This document shows positions 1-8,338 of a stretch of DNA of 64,000 nucleotides, one piece after another. Location of the stretch: positions 27,708 to 91,707 of the forward strand of contig JAFGSK010000044.1 in NCBI GenBank assembly GCA_016934635.1, in the 5' to 3' direction. The stretch's first letter is position 1. Each line of letters begins with the position of its first letter. A program made the position numbers and the translations under genes. The stretch comes from a candidate division WOR-3 bacterium. GTDB taxonomy: Bacteria > Hydrothermota > Tepidihabitantia > B3-TA06. Under the pieces are notes generated by a model. The model was not told the origin of the DNA, ran no database searches, and saw only the letters and a list, made by a program, of their open reading frames with translations.

Positions 1-182
1 TGGAAGCGCTCATCTGCTTCCAGATCACGCCATAAAAGTTGAGTCATCTCTGCTGGAGAGATGATTACATCACCTGACCCTCGAAGTTCAAATTCATCTA
101 TCTGAACTCCTAGCTTGGCGTATCCCAGTTGAGTAAGAAATACGGCTAGTAAAACCAGGAGTCGCTTAAATGCCCACTCCAA
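1..182 (-). CDS. Partial secreted protein (5' end only; runs off the window)
   Basis: Hand translation from a TTG at 182 gives MEWAFKRLLVLLAVFLTQLGYAKLGVQIDEFELRG..., a signal-peptide-like N-terminus. The frame is open to the edge and overlaps the upstream stop. Confidence 0.55.
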   Translation of the reverse strand, partial: MEWAFKRLLVLLAVFLTQLGYAKLGVQIDEFELRGSGDVIISPAEMTQLLWRDLEADERF

Positions 183-1254
183 GTTGGAGATGAAGTGGTG
201 CAAGCCGCAATGTGTTTTCATGATTATCGTTCGTAAAGCCGGTTTCAAACTTGATAACCAGCGGTTCTATGGGATAACAGGCAACCCCTAGTCCTAATCG
301 TTGGCGATTGATATTTTTCCCTAGATCCAGGTCTTCATAACCAAGGTAATCGAAACGCAATGCAGGTATTGCATACTGAGAGATATGCAGTGCAAGTTGA
401 AGGTAAAAACCGTTTGTCCAGCTCGTATACTCTCCTGGATTGTCTACCATCTCTTCAAATCCGTAAAATATTGCATCTATTGCATTATCCCTGAACTCCA
501 GAAGTCCGGCAACGTATTCTCCGCGGAGTTCTACAATAGATACACTGGAGTGAACATCAAGTCCCACCAAACCCAGATTACGAATGCTTTCGTCGTCCCT
601 TGCACCGAAGTAACCGGAAGCGCCGAATTCTCCGAAGCGAGGGGAGATAAACGCGATACGTGCTCCGTATGAATTGGAGGTATTGTTGTCAGTCATCTGA
701 CGACTATCGCGGAGATCCTGACCATAACCCAGACCGTTGCATAGATATGCCGACAGGCTCACGGCTTCCAACTTGGCTATCTTCTGGGTCCACTGAATCC
801 GTGCACCCCAATCTACCCAAGGAGTAGGTATCGCTTCCCAACATATGTCCGGTGTAGTTATAAGAGTGTTGTTGTTCGGATTACTGAGTTCATTAAATAC
901 ACCGAAGGGGATTGGAAATCGACCCACCTGCAGGCGTACCGATTTCAAGAAAGAATAATCAACCCACGCGATCGGGGATAAGGTTTCTCCGGGTTGATAA
1001 TCGACTCCCAACTCGACGTTGACTTCGGGGGCTAGTTCAACCAATGCTGCTGCATGAAGATTATATTGACTGAAGTCAAAATATGATTCATTGATCTTTA
1101 TTACGCTTGCAAGATGTCCTGAAGGATATATCCCTACGCCACGTACAAATGTGATCGTTACCACGAACAGCAATACACCAACTAGCATCACTCTAAATTT
1201 TCTTGGCCTACCCAAACCATACCCCTTATTAAAGGTACTAATACACGGTCCCAC
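166..1254 (-). CDS. Outer-membrane beta-barrel porin-like protein (phosphate-selective porin O/P-like)
   Basis: AWVDY...LQVGRFPIPFG, DNNTSNSYGARI and GFYLQ...PALRFD motifs; amphipathic C-terminal strand LHLQLGVGI; GGAGGA SD before the GTG. Confidence 0.7.
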   Translation of the reverse strand: MGPCISTFNKGYGLGRPRKFRVMLVGVLLFVVTITFVRGVGIYPSGHLASVIKINESYFDFSQYNLHAAALVELAPEVNVELGVDYQPGETLSPIAWVDYSFLKSVRLQVGRFPIPFGVFNELSNPNNNTLITTPDICWEAIPTPWVDWGARIQWTQKIAKLEAVSLSAYLCNGLGYGQDLRDSRQMTDNNTSNSYGARIAFISPRFGEFGASGYFGARDDESIRNLGLVGLDVHSSVSIVELRGEYVAGLLEFRDNAIDAIFYGFEEMVDNPGEYTSWTNGFYLQLALHISQYAIPALRFDYLGYEDLDLGKNINRQRLGLGVACYPIEPLVIKFETGFTNDNHENTLRLAPLHLQLGVGI

Positions 1255-1420
1255 GGGTTCTCCTCCAAATGCGTTTATTTAGAATGATTGTAGGGAAAAA
1301 CAAGTGGATGTCAAGTCACTAAGACGTTGTTGAAAGGGTATTTTTACTAGTTAAAAGCCTTTTGGATTTGACTTTTCACTTCAGTTGTATATTCTTAGGG
1401 GATATGATAGGAGATTTAAC

Positions 1421-2902
1421 ATGCTAAGAAGGCTCGGTGTAATTCTCGCCCTTCTGAGTGGTTTGCGTGCATTCGAAGATGTCTCTTTTTCGGCAAGAAC
1501 ATTGGGTTTGGGGGGAGATCAAACCGCAGTTGTTGATGATGCCTTTTCATCCCTAGTAAATCCGGCGTTATCCGCACACTGGAAAAGACCAGTCGTCGCT
1601 CTTTCCTTACCGTACGGTTATATATTCAACTCATCCTTTATTTACGTTCAACCGGTAACTGGCCTGGGAACCGTCGGCGGCAGTCTTTTTTACAGAAACA
1701 TGACAGGAGTGAATTTCGGAGATCGTTTGACTGAAGCCGATGGCAGGTTTTTCATGGCAATACCGATAGGTAGATTTTTCTCATTCGGGGCATCGCTGGG
1801 ATCAGTCAGCCAGATCTACTCTTCTGAATCCGGTGGGTATCCTTTAGCCCGACAACGCTTTGAGCCGGGACCAATTCTGTCCTTCGGCGGAGCTATCTCT
1901 ATTCCATTAGGACTAAGTGCCGGTTTTTCTATATCGGAAATGTGGCTGGAAAGGAACCCATTACTCCAGGGCGGTGTTTCGTGGAAATCTGTTGTAAAGA
2001 ACGGTTTGATATCCTCTTACCTTATCGCAGGTAATGTAGCATACAGGGACGCCATAATTAAATTTCACAGCGGATGTGAACTGTTTCTTCTTAAAGATAT
2101 TATTGGGTTAAAGGCGGGTTTTCGCTACGGATCGGACACTCTCTCAGGGTTTTCACCTACGTTCGGTGTTACGATCCGTACACATCGAGTAGAAAAAACC
2201 GATTTTGAAATCCACTACGGTATGATCTTGGATGATATATCGTATGAGGGATTAGACATGGTTCACCAACTCAGTCTTGCAGTTGCGCTCGGTGACGCCC
2301 GCAAACAGGAGAAGGACAGCATTAAGATAGCCCAGGCGGAGCGAGCAAGGAAGCTCAGGGAGCAGAACCTGGCGCGAGAGATTGACCAACTGCGTGAGGA
2401 ACTTGCTAACATCTCCGAGGAACGCTCAGCCTTGGAAAAAGAACGTAAAGACATAGAAAGGCTTCGTGCCGAGGCATTGGCCGACTTAGGAAGGGTGAAT
2501 GGAATTAGAGTTGAAGAAGACTCGGTAACTATCCGAATCAGGCTTACCGAGCAGGCGCTTCGTTTTGAACCAGGTTCCGCAGAAATACCCTTCCCGAAGG
2601 GTTACCGTACCCTAAAGCGAGTGGGTGATTTCCTGTCTCACTATCCCAATAACAATGTTTCGATAAACGCTCACACTGACAGCTCAGATATCCCGGAAGA
2701 GACTCAAAAAGTCTTCAAAACAAACCGGGAACTTTCGAGTGCGCGGGCCGATGTCATCAAGCAATACCTTGTCGAGGTCACCGGGATATCTCAATCGCGA
2801 ATAACCGCCAAAGGCTTAGGCGATAGTGAACCTCTGAAGGATAACGAAACCGAGGAAGGTCGGGCATCCAACCGCAGGGTTGAGATCTCAGTAGCCCTTT
2901 AG
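1421..2902 (+). CDS. PorV/PorQ-like barrel fused to a coiled coil and an OmpA/MotB peptidoglycan-binding domain
   Basis: N-terminal SARTLGLGG...DAFSSLVNPA (PorV-family motif); heptad-rich segment; C-terminal HTD...NRELSSARA...GLGDSEP...NRRVEI. AGGAG SD supports ATG 1421. Confidence 0.8.
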   Translation: MLRRLGVILALLSGLRAFEDVSFSARTLGLGGDQTAVVDDAFSSLVNPALSAHWKRPVVALSLPYGYIFNSSFIYVQPVTGLGTVGGSLFYRNMTGVNFGDRLTEADGRFFMAIPIGRFFSFGASLGSVSQIYSSESGGYPLARQRFEPGPILSFGGAISIPLGLSAGFSISEMWLERNPLLQGGVSWKSVVKNGLISSYLIAGNVAYRDAIIKFHSGCELFLLKDIIGLKAGFRYGSDTLSGFSPTFGVTIRTHRVEKTDFEIHYGMILDDISYEGLDMVHQLSLAVALGDARKQEKDSIKIAQAERARKLREQNLAREIDQLREELANISEERSALEKERKDIERLRAEALADLGRVNGIRVEEDSVTIRIRLTEQALRFEPGSAEIPFPKGYRTLKRVGDFLSHYPNNNVSINAHTDSSDIPEETQKVFKTNRELSSARADVIKQYLVEVTGISQSRITAKGLGDSEPLKDNETEEGRASNRRVEISVAL

Positions 2903-3000
2903 GATGTTTTTAACATATCCGGAAGCGCTTACTTTTCTGATGAAGGCAGGTTTTCCCGTGCGTTATTTTGAATCTGTTTGTACGGAAGTAAAGAAGGTGT

Positions 3001-3044
3001 ATAAAGAAGTTCCCTGCGGCAGCGCATAAGGCTGCCGCAGGGAA
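3001..3044 (-). terminator. Intrinsic terminator of the 40-aa peptide gene (possibly bidirectional)
   Basis: 14-bp perfect stem TTCCCTGCGGCAGC/GCTGCCGCAGGGAA, followed by CTTCTTTAT on the minus strand. Confidence 0.8.
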
Positions 3045-3063
3045 AAGAGGAGGCATTAAGTGT

Positions 3064-3186
3064 TTAATTGCGATAACTTATGGCAGCATCCGCAGTCGGA
3101 GTCTGCCTGATCTTCGCTTCAAGCTTGCGAATCATCTCTTTCTTGAGACGTTCTTTTTCGTCTTTCGATTTTATCTTCAACTTCAT
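3064..3186 (-). CDS. Unannotated 40-aa basic peptide MKLKIKSKDEKERLKKEMIRKLEAKIRQTPTADAAISYRN
   Basis: AAGGAG SD, upstream sigma54 promoter and downstream terminator; below the ORF-track length cutoff. Confidence 0.75.
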   Translation of the reverse strand: MKLKIKSKDEKERLKKEMIRKLEAKIRQTPTADAAISYRN

Positions 3187-3210
3187 CTCACTCTCCTTTT
3201 CTCCATCTCA

Positions 3211-3226
3211 AGCAATTATCGTGCCA
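3211..3226 (-). promoter_or_regulatory. Sigma54 (-24/-12) promoter
   Basis: Minus strand TGGCACGATAATTGCT matches TGGCACG-N4-TTGCW exactly. IHF-like TAACAATAAGTTG at 3238-3250. Confidence 0.8.
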
Positions 3227-3400
3227 GATTTCTTTTTTAACAATAAGTTGTGATATTGAAGAATTTAGATGCGAATATCGGTAAATGCTTAATATGCGAA
3301 ATTGTCCAAAAGTATAATTGTGGTGTTCTTTTTAAGTACATGGAAAGACCGACCCAATTCGACCTTCAATCCGCCCCCCTTGTGTTTTTTTTGCGAGCGG

Positions 3401-3559
3401 TTACTCCTCGGGCGAAAAATCGTCTTTACCTGCTCCGCACACCGGGCATGTCCAGTCGTCGGGTAAATCCTCGAACGCGGTTCCCGCCGGGATGTCCGAA
3501 TCCGGATCGCCTACTGCAGGATCGTAAACGTATCCGCATATGTTACAGATGTATTTCAT
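3401..3559 (-). CDS. Rubredoxin
   Basis: [14 protein letters not shown]...WTCPVCG with two CxxC motifs; AAGGAG SD before ATG 3559. Confidence 0.97.
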   Translation of the reverse strand: MKYICNICGYVYDPAVGDPDSDIPAGTAFEDLPDDWTCPVCGAGKDDFSPEE

Positions 3560-3637
3560 TTGCTGCTCCTTTTTTCCAGATATCACAATTCAGCAGGTAC
3601 ACGGCATACCGTATCCCTACATACCCGTATTATACGC

Positions 3638-4090
3638 TTAAAAGATAATTTTCACAAGCTCACTCGGCTCCAGCCTGAACACGGAACCTTTACCCTGGAA
3701 AAAACCGTGCTCTTCGATAAGATGGATGTTCAGGTCGGCCCACTTGATCTCGTCGCCTGAATCGATCTTTAGGACGGTGGTAACCGTCTTGTTTGCCCTG
3801 AAGGCATGGGGCCAAGGACAAGCAATTACTCCCCGGACATCGGTTGTACAGGCCTTGATATTCTTGCCTATCTCCACCCAGTCACCCAGACCTTCATTCG
3901 CCCTGTCAGTGATCTCGTGCATCCTGGTCGCGATCCCGGTCATGGTATAGCCCAGTTTTTCCACCTCGGAGGCATCGGCGTCTAGAATCTCCCACAACGA
4001 TCTTTGATCGGTACCCAGGAAGCCGCGCGCTGACAATCTCGATGAGCGCAAGGTCTGCTCCAAGTATTCAAGCTGGGGTGGTTTCTTCAT
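3638..4090 (-). CDS. Hypothetical protein downstream of nqrF
   Basis: 150 aa, AAGGAGG SD, CPWPH and HLIEEHGFFQG motifs. Confidence 0.75.
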   Translation of the reverse strand: MKKPPQLEYLEQTLRSSRLSARGFLGTDQRSLWEILDADASEVEKLGYTMTGIATRMHEITDRANEGLGDWVEIGKNIKACTTDVRGVIACPWPHAFRANKTVTTVLKIDSGDEIKWADLNIHLIEEHGFFQGKGSVFRLEPSELVKIIF

Positions 4091-4117
4091 CTAAAACCTC
4101 CTTCAACCGTACAACCC

Positions 4118-4146
4118 GTAGGGGTAACTCCATGAGTCGCCCCTAC
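4118..4146. repeat. GTAG-family REP-like palindrome
   Basis: GTAGGGGTAACTCCATGAGTCGCCCCTAC, an imperfect palindrome directly after the nqrF stop. Confidence 0.7.
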
Positions 4147-4147
4147 A

Positions 4148-5263
4148 TTACGAAAATTTATCATAAAATATCCTATCCTCTGATATGCCTGCACCGGTCA
4201 GTACAGAAATCGATGCATCAATCATCCCCGGCGACCCGCAAAGATAAGCTTCGTATGATGCCGCATCCTTCTCGTTATCCAGATATCTCTTGACAACATC
4301 GGTGATCCGGCCTTGTGCCCCGTCCCACGACTCTCCCTGCTCAAGTTCGGATACCGCGGGCACGAAGCGGAAGTCCGGTATAGCCCGCTCCAGTGATTTC
4401 ATCTCCTCGGCCATAAACAAGTCCTTGAGTGAGCGGACCCCGAAAAAGAAAACGCCTTTGCGTTTGATTCCTTGGTTGACAAGGTGATGCATCATACACT
4501 TTATGGGGGCGATACCTGATCCACCGGCAATGAAAATCATGGGAGCCTGGGTGTCAGTCAACCTGAACTCACCGTGGGGACCGTTGATTAAAACCTCGTC
4601 TCCTTCGGCAAGGTGTTCGAATATGTAGGTGGTGCAGATGCCGCCCGGTACCAGTCGAACCACCAGTTCGATGGCGCCGGAATCGGCGGGATCGGATGAG
4701 ATGGAGTAGGCCCGGTACACCTCCGGGCTTCCCTTGTAGGCTGGCGCCCGGAACTGAACGTACTGGCCAGGGACGTATTTCATGGGTCCGGGAAGCTTGA
4801 GTCTCAGTTCTTTAATATCGTAGGTCAGATCGCGAATCCGCTCGCAGATGCAGCGGAACTCCTTGACAGCCAGGAGTTCGGCGGGAATTTCTATCTTTAT
4901 GTCCTGCCTGACCTTTACCTGGCAGGCAAGCCTGATTCCTTGTTCGCGCGCCTGGGAGTCAATGTAGGGTTCCTCGGTGGGCAGGAACGGACCTGCGCCC
5001 TCGGAAACCTTAACCTTGCAGTAGGCGCACGTTCCCCGTCCCCCGCAAGCAGAGGGAATGAATATCTTTGCCGAAGCCAGCGTTTCGAGAAGCGAACCCC
5101 CGCCCTTGACGGTAAACTCCTTGTCGCCGGAATTGACGTCTATGGAGACCTCGCCGTAGTTGGCGATGAACCGTTCGGCTATAACCAGTAGGAGAGCAAG
5201 GAAAGCGCCCACTGCGGAGATAACGCCTACCGATACCAACGCGGACCAGACGACTTCACTCAA
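4148..5263 (-). CDS. nqrF: NqrF-like NADH-oxidising subunit (TM anchor, 2Fe-2S, FAD and NAD binding)
   Basis: ACGGRGTCAYC...RLAC, RAYS, GGSGIAP, YLCGSPGMI and FYDKF motifs. TTG start at 5263 with GGAGG SD, coupled to the nqrE stop. Confidence 0.88.
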   Translation of the reverse strand: MSEVVWSALVSVGVISAVGAFLALLLVIAERFIANYGEVSIDVNSGDKEFTVKGGGSLLETLASAKIFIPSACGGRGTCAYCKVKVSEGAGPFLPTEEPYIDSQAREQGIRLACQVKVRQDIKIEIPAELLAVKEFRCICERIRDLTYDIKELRLKLPGPMKYVPGQYVQFRAPAYKGSPEVYRAYSISSDPADSGAIELVVRLVPGGICTTYIFEHLAEGDEVLINGPHGEFRLTDTQAPMIFIAGGSGIAPIKCMMHHLVNQGIKRKGVFFFGVRSLKDLFMAEEMKSLERAIPDFRFVPAVSELEQGESWDGAQGRITDVVKRYLDNEKDAASYEAYLCGSPGMIDASISVLTGAGISEDRIFYDKFS

Positions 5264-5948
5264 CCGGTTCCTCCACCACGATACGGGTAGTATCTTGATC
5301 CACCTGCCTGATCTCCTGGGTGACCGGTTTTGGCTCAGTCTGCTTGCGTTCCGAGGACAGCACCCCGGTGAAGCCGATGAACGCCAGGGCCATGAACCCG
5401 GCAATAATCAACGTTATCCCCGGGCCCTGCAGCCCCTCCGGAATCTTGGCGTTTGCCAGCTTCTCCCGGATACCGGCCATAGCCACAATAGCCAGCATCC
5501 AGCCCAGGCCGGAACCAAGGCCGAACGCAATCCCCTCCGCGAAGCTGTAATCGCGGATAACCATGAACAGCGATGCCCCCAGGATGGCGCAGTTGACTGT
5601 AATCAAGGGCAGGAATATACCCAGGTTCTGATAAAGAACCGGTGAGTACCGCTCGACGACCATCTCTACGAATTGCACGAAGGCGGCGATGATGACGATG
5701 AATACCAGAAATCTAAGATAGTAAAGATTGAAAGGCAGAAGAATGTAGCGAAACGCTACCCAGTCGAGAGCCACGGTGAAGGTCATCACGAAAACAACCG
5801 CTAATCCCAAGCCAACAGCTGTTTTGATCTGCCGAGATACGGACAGAAAGGAACACATCCCCAGAAAACGAGCAAGGAGGATGTTTTCGGTGAATACGGC
5901 GGCGAATAGAACGGTTACCAGATGCAGCAATTCAGCTCCAAAACTCAT
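5256..5948 (-). CDS. nqrE: NqrE/RnfA family membrane subunit
   Basis: ENILLARFLGMCSFL and LGIFLPLITVNCAILG. Likely start ATG 5948, overlapping the nqrD stop. Confidence 0.9.
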   Translation of the reverse strand: MSFGAELLHLVTVLFAAVFTENILLARFLGMCSFLSVSRQIKTAVGLGLAVVFVMTFTVALDWVAFRYILLPFNLYYLRFLVFIVIIAAFVQFVEMVVERYSPVLYQNLGIFLPLITVNCAILGASLFMVIRDYSFAEGIAFGLGSGLGWMLAIVAMAGIREKLANAKIPEGLQGPGITLIIAGFMALAFIGFTGVLSSERKQTEPKPVTQEIRQVDQDTTRIVVEEPVE

Positions 5949-6580
5949 TTCCCGCCTCCCGCCTTTTGTTCGCCTCGTTTCTTGATAGAACGAAACATCC
6001 ACACCATAACCGCCAGGGTGAAAAACGCGCCCGGAGGCATAACCATGATTATCCAGCGATCGAATCCCGGTGAAGATAAGAAAGGAACGGGAATACCCAG
6101 GATGGACCCCATTCCAAGTAATTCTCTGACTACGGATACGGCAAGCAGAACGAAGGAGTAGCCCAGGCCGGAGAAGAACCCGTCCAGCATGGATTTGAAA
6201 GGCGGGTTGGAGCCGGCAAACGCCTCGGCGCGCCCCATAATGATACAGTTGGTGATTATGAGCCCCACGTACGGTCCCAGTGAGCGACTCATGTCCGGCC
6301 AGTAAGCGGCCAGTACCCGGTCGAACAAAATAACGTAGAAGGCGATTATGAGTGTTTGCACCATCATCCTTACCCTGCGGGGGGTGATGTTTCGCAAAAG
6401 CGACACGGTGAATCCGGACAATGCGGTAGTGAACACCAGGGCGGCGCTCATCACCATGGTATTGAGCACCAGGTTGGTTACCGCCAGCGCGGAGCATATA
6501 CCCAGCACCTGGGTGAACACCGGGTTGTCCAGCCACAAGCCGTCCTTGACGATCTGCCCGGCGGACTTCTGCTGTGCCAT
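5945..6580 (-). CDS. nqrD: NqrD/RnfE family membrane subunit
   Basis: NPVFTQVLGICSALAVT, YVGLIITNCIIMGRAEAFA and PPGAFF motifs. Confidence 0.9.
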   Translation of the reverse strand: MAQQKSAGQIVKDGLWLDNPVFTQVLGICSALAVTNLVLNTMVMSAALVFTTALSGFTVSLLRNITPRRVRMMVQTLIIAFYVILFDRVLAAYWPDMSRSLGPYVGLIITNCIIMGRAEAFAGSNPPFKSMLDGFFSGLGYSFVLLAVSVVRELLGMGSILGIPVPFLSSPGFDRWIIMVMPPGAFFTLAVMVWMFRSIKKRGEQKAGGGK

Positions 6581-7197
6581 CACCGCACCCCCATCCTTTT
6601 CTGCCACTGGATCAACTGATCATTCATGAACCTGCCTACCCGGGTGGAGGTCTGGGTGGCTCCGGTCACCGCGTGCACCGAACTGGCATCCAGTTCCGCG
6701 CTGACCGCCCGCATCTCGATAGCCGGTCCTTCTACGGCCAGAACCTTATCCTCGAACTGGCTGCGAAACGGCTTTTTGACGATCTCTCCGCCCAGGCCCG
6801 GGGTCTCCTCCTGCTGGTAAAACGATATTCCGGTGATTGTCGATTTATCGGCGGCTATCCCGATCACGCCCTTGACCGGTGCCCAGAACCCCTGGCCTTC
6901 GACAGGCAAAAGATAGGCCGCCACACTATCTCCGATCATATATCTGAGGGCCCCGGCGGTCTCAGCGGTGGAATCGGCCACCACCTTCACGTACATCTCG
7001 TGAATCTGGCTAGTACCCATCCGTTCCGGAAGCGTTGCAGGAGAGGCTTCCAACGCGGCGCGCTCGAATGCAATCTTCTTGTTGTCATCCACCCGTGACT
7101 GGGTGAACGCGCCGAACACCACCAGGATCGACACGAATACCACCGATGCCCCGAACATAAAAAGGATCGGGTACCAGACCTTATCCTTGATACTCAT
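6580..7197 (-). CDS. nqrC: NqrC/RnfG family FMN-binding subunit
   Basis: N-terminal TM helix, GQGFWAP, ETPGLGGEI and the flavinylation motif AVTGATQTS. Confidence 0.9.
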   Translation of the reverse strand: MSIKDKVWYPILFMFGASVVFVSILVVFGAFTQSRVDDNKKIAFERAALEASPATLPERMGTSQIHEMYVKVVADSTAETAGALRYMIGDSVAAYLLPVEGQGFWAPVKGVIGIAADKSTITGISFYQQEETPGLGGEIVKKPFRSQFEDKVLAVEGPAIEMRAVSAELDASSVHAVTGATQTSTRVGRFMNDQLIQWQKRMGVR

Positions 7198-7230
7198 CGG
7201 TCCCCCTTAAGTGAGATAAAAACACGATCT

Positions 7231-7276
7231 GTAGGTGTAATTCATAACATGTAGTTGTGAAACTAATTGCCCCAAC
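7231..7276. repeat. Degenerate GTAG REP-like palindrome in the nqrB-nqrC spacer
   Basis: GTAGGTGTAATTCAT...AATTGCCCCAAC with an inner TTCATAAC/GTTGTGAA inverted repeat. Confidence 0.4.
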
Positions 7277-7298
7277 CATTTGAATAATCTGCGGAGAA

Positions 7299-8300
7299 TT
7301 ATCCATTCACACCTCCGGTTGCCAATCTCTCCTTCTTTTTCTTCTGAGTATGTTTGAACACGTGGTCCAGGATAGGCGCGAACATGTTGGCCAGCAGTAT
7401 GGAAAACATCAATCCGCCGTTGAACACCGAGAAGTTTCGGATGACGAAGGTCGAGGACGCGATTATCGCCCCGTAGACAAGCTGGGCGCCCAGGGTTTTT
7501 GGCGCCGACACCGGATCGGTAGCCATGAAAAACGCCCCGAACAGGAATCCTCCGCCCATTACCGCCACCAGTGCGCCCGGTGCGTTAGGCATCCCTGCCA
7601 GGTCGGCTGCCAGGTTGGCCAGGGCGTAGGTACCGATAGTCATTACCACTATTTTCCAGTTAGCGGTTCTGGTCGCGATGAGGTAGATTCCCCCGATCAA
7701 TATGGCGATGACTGATGTCACCCCCATGGTTCCGGCAATGTTTCCGATCAGAAGATCCAGCAGTCGGGGCGCCTCTGTCAGACCCTGTTTTAAAAGACCC
7801 ATGGGAGAGGCCGAGGTGATTAAGTCAGGCGTCGCGGTAGTCCACTGACCCAGCGCGCCCCAGGGAAAGGACGAGGCAGGCGACCAGGAAGCGGTCATGG
7901 CCACCGGAAAGGATATGTACACGAAGGCGCGACCCACCATGGCCGGATTGAAGATGTTGCGTCCGAAACCGCCGAACACCATCTTACCGAAAAGGATTGC
8001 GAACGCGATACCGATAACTACTACGTGCCAGGGTACGGTTGGGGGAAGTATCAAGGCGTAGATGATCCCGGACACGAACACCGCCTCGGACACCGGCTCC
8101 TTTGATCTGAGGTTGAACAAAAACTCGGTGAGAAAGGCAGCGGTTACCGAGACCGCGATCACCGCGGCCGAGCGCCAGCCGAAGAAGTATACTGAGGCGG
8201 CCATGCACGGAATCAAGGCGATAATTACGTTGCGCATTATCTTTTGTTTCAGGAGAATCTTCCTTGGCTTTTTTGCCTTCGCCATGCCTTTCTTATCCAC
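7299..8300 (-). CDS. nqrB: NqrB/RnfD family membrane subunit
   Basis: KMVFGGFGRNIFNPAMVGRAF, GAFFMATDPVSAP and ILLANMFAPILD motifs; RnfD-like length. Confidence 0.88.
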   Translation of the reverse strand: MDKKGMAKAKKPRKILLKQKIMRNVIIALIPCMAASVYFFGWRSAAVIAVSVTAAFLTEFLFNLRSKEPVSEAVFVSGIIYALILPPTVPWHVVVIGIAFAILFGKMVFGGFGRNIFNPAMVGRAFVYISFPVAMTASWSPASSFPWGALGQWTTATPDLITSASPMGLLKQGLTEAPRLLDLLIGNIAGTMGVTSVIAILIGGIYLIATRTANWKIVVMTIGTYALANLAADLAGMPNAPGALVAVMGGGFLFGAFFMATDPVSAPKTLGAQLVYGAIIASSTFVIRNFSVFNGGLMFSILLANMFAPILDHVFKHTQKKKKERLATGGVNG

Positions 8301-8305
8301 GTTTT

Positions 8306-8333
8306 AGGATATTCACCAGCATCTAATTGTCAA
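8306..8333 (-). promoter_or_regulatory. Sigma70 promoter of the nqrB operon
   Basis: TTGACA-N16-TATCCT, 5 nt before GTG 8300. Confidence 0.7.
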
Positions 8334-8338
8334 GAACC

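Noticed and set aside
3250-3648. 132-aa plus-strand ORF
   Set aside because: Antisense to rubredoxin, no SD and no motif.
4148-6536. Long N-terminal extensions of the nqrF and nqrE ORFs (also pyrC, PorV, 28040 and 60909 ORFs)
   Set aside because: They overlap upstream genes in other frames; SD-supported coupled starts lie downstream.
7241-7265. Rex operator in the nqrB-nqrC spacer
   Set aside because: Half-sites are in the wrong orientation for TTGTGAA-N4-TTCACAA; a degenerate REP hairpin fits better.
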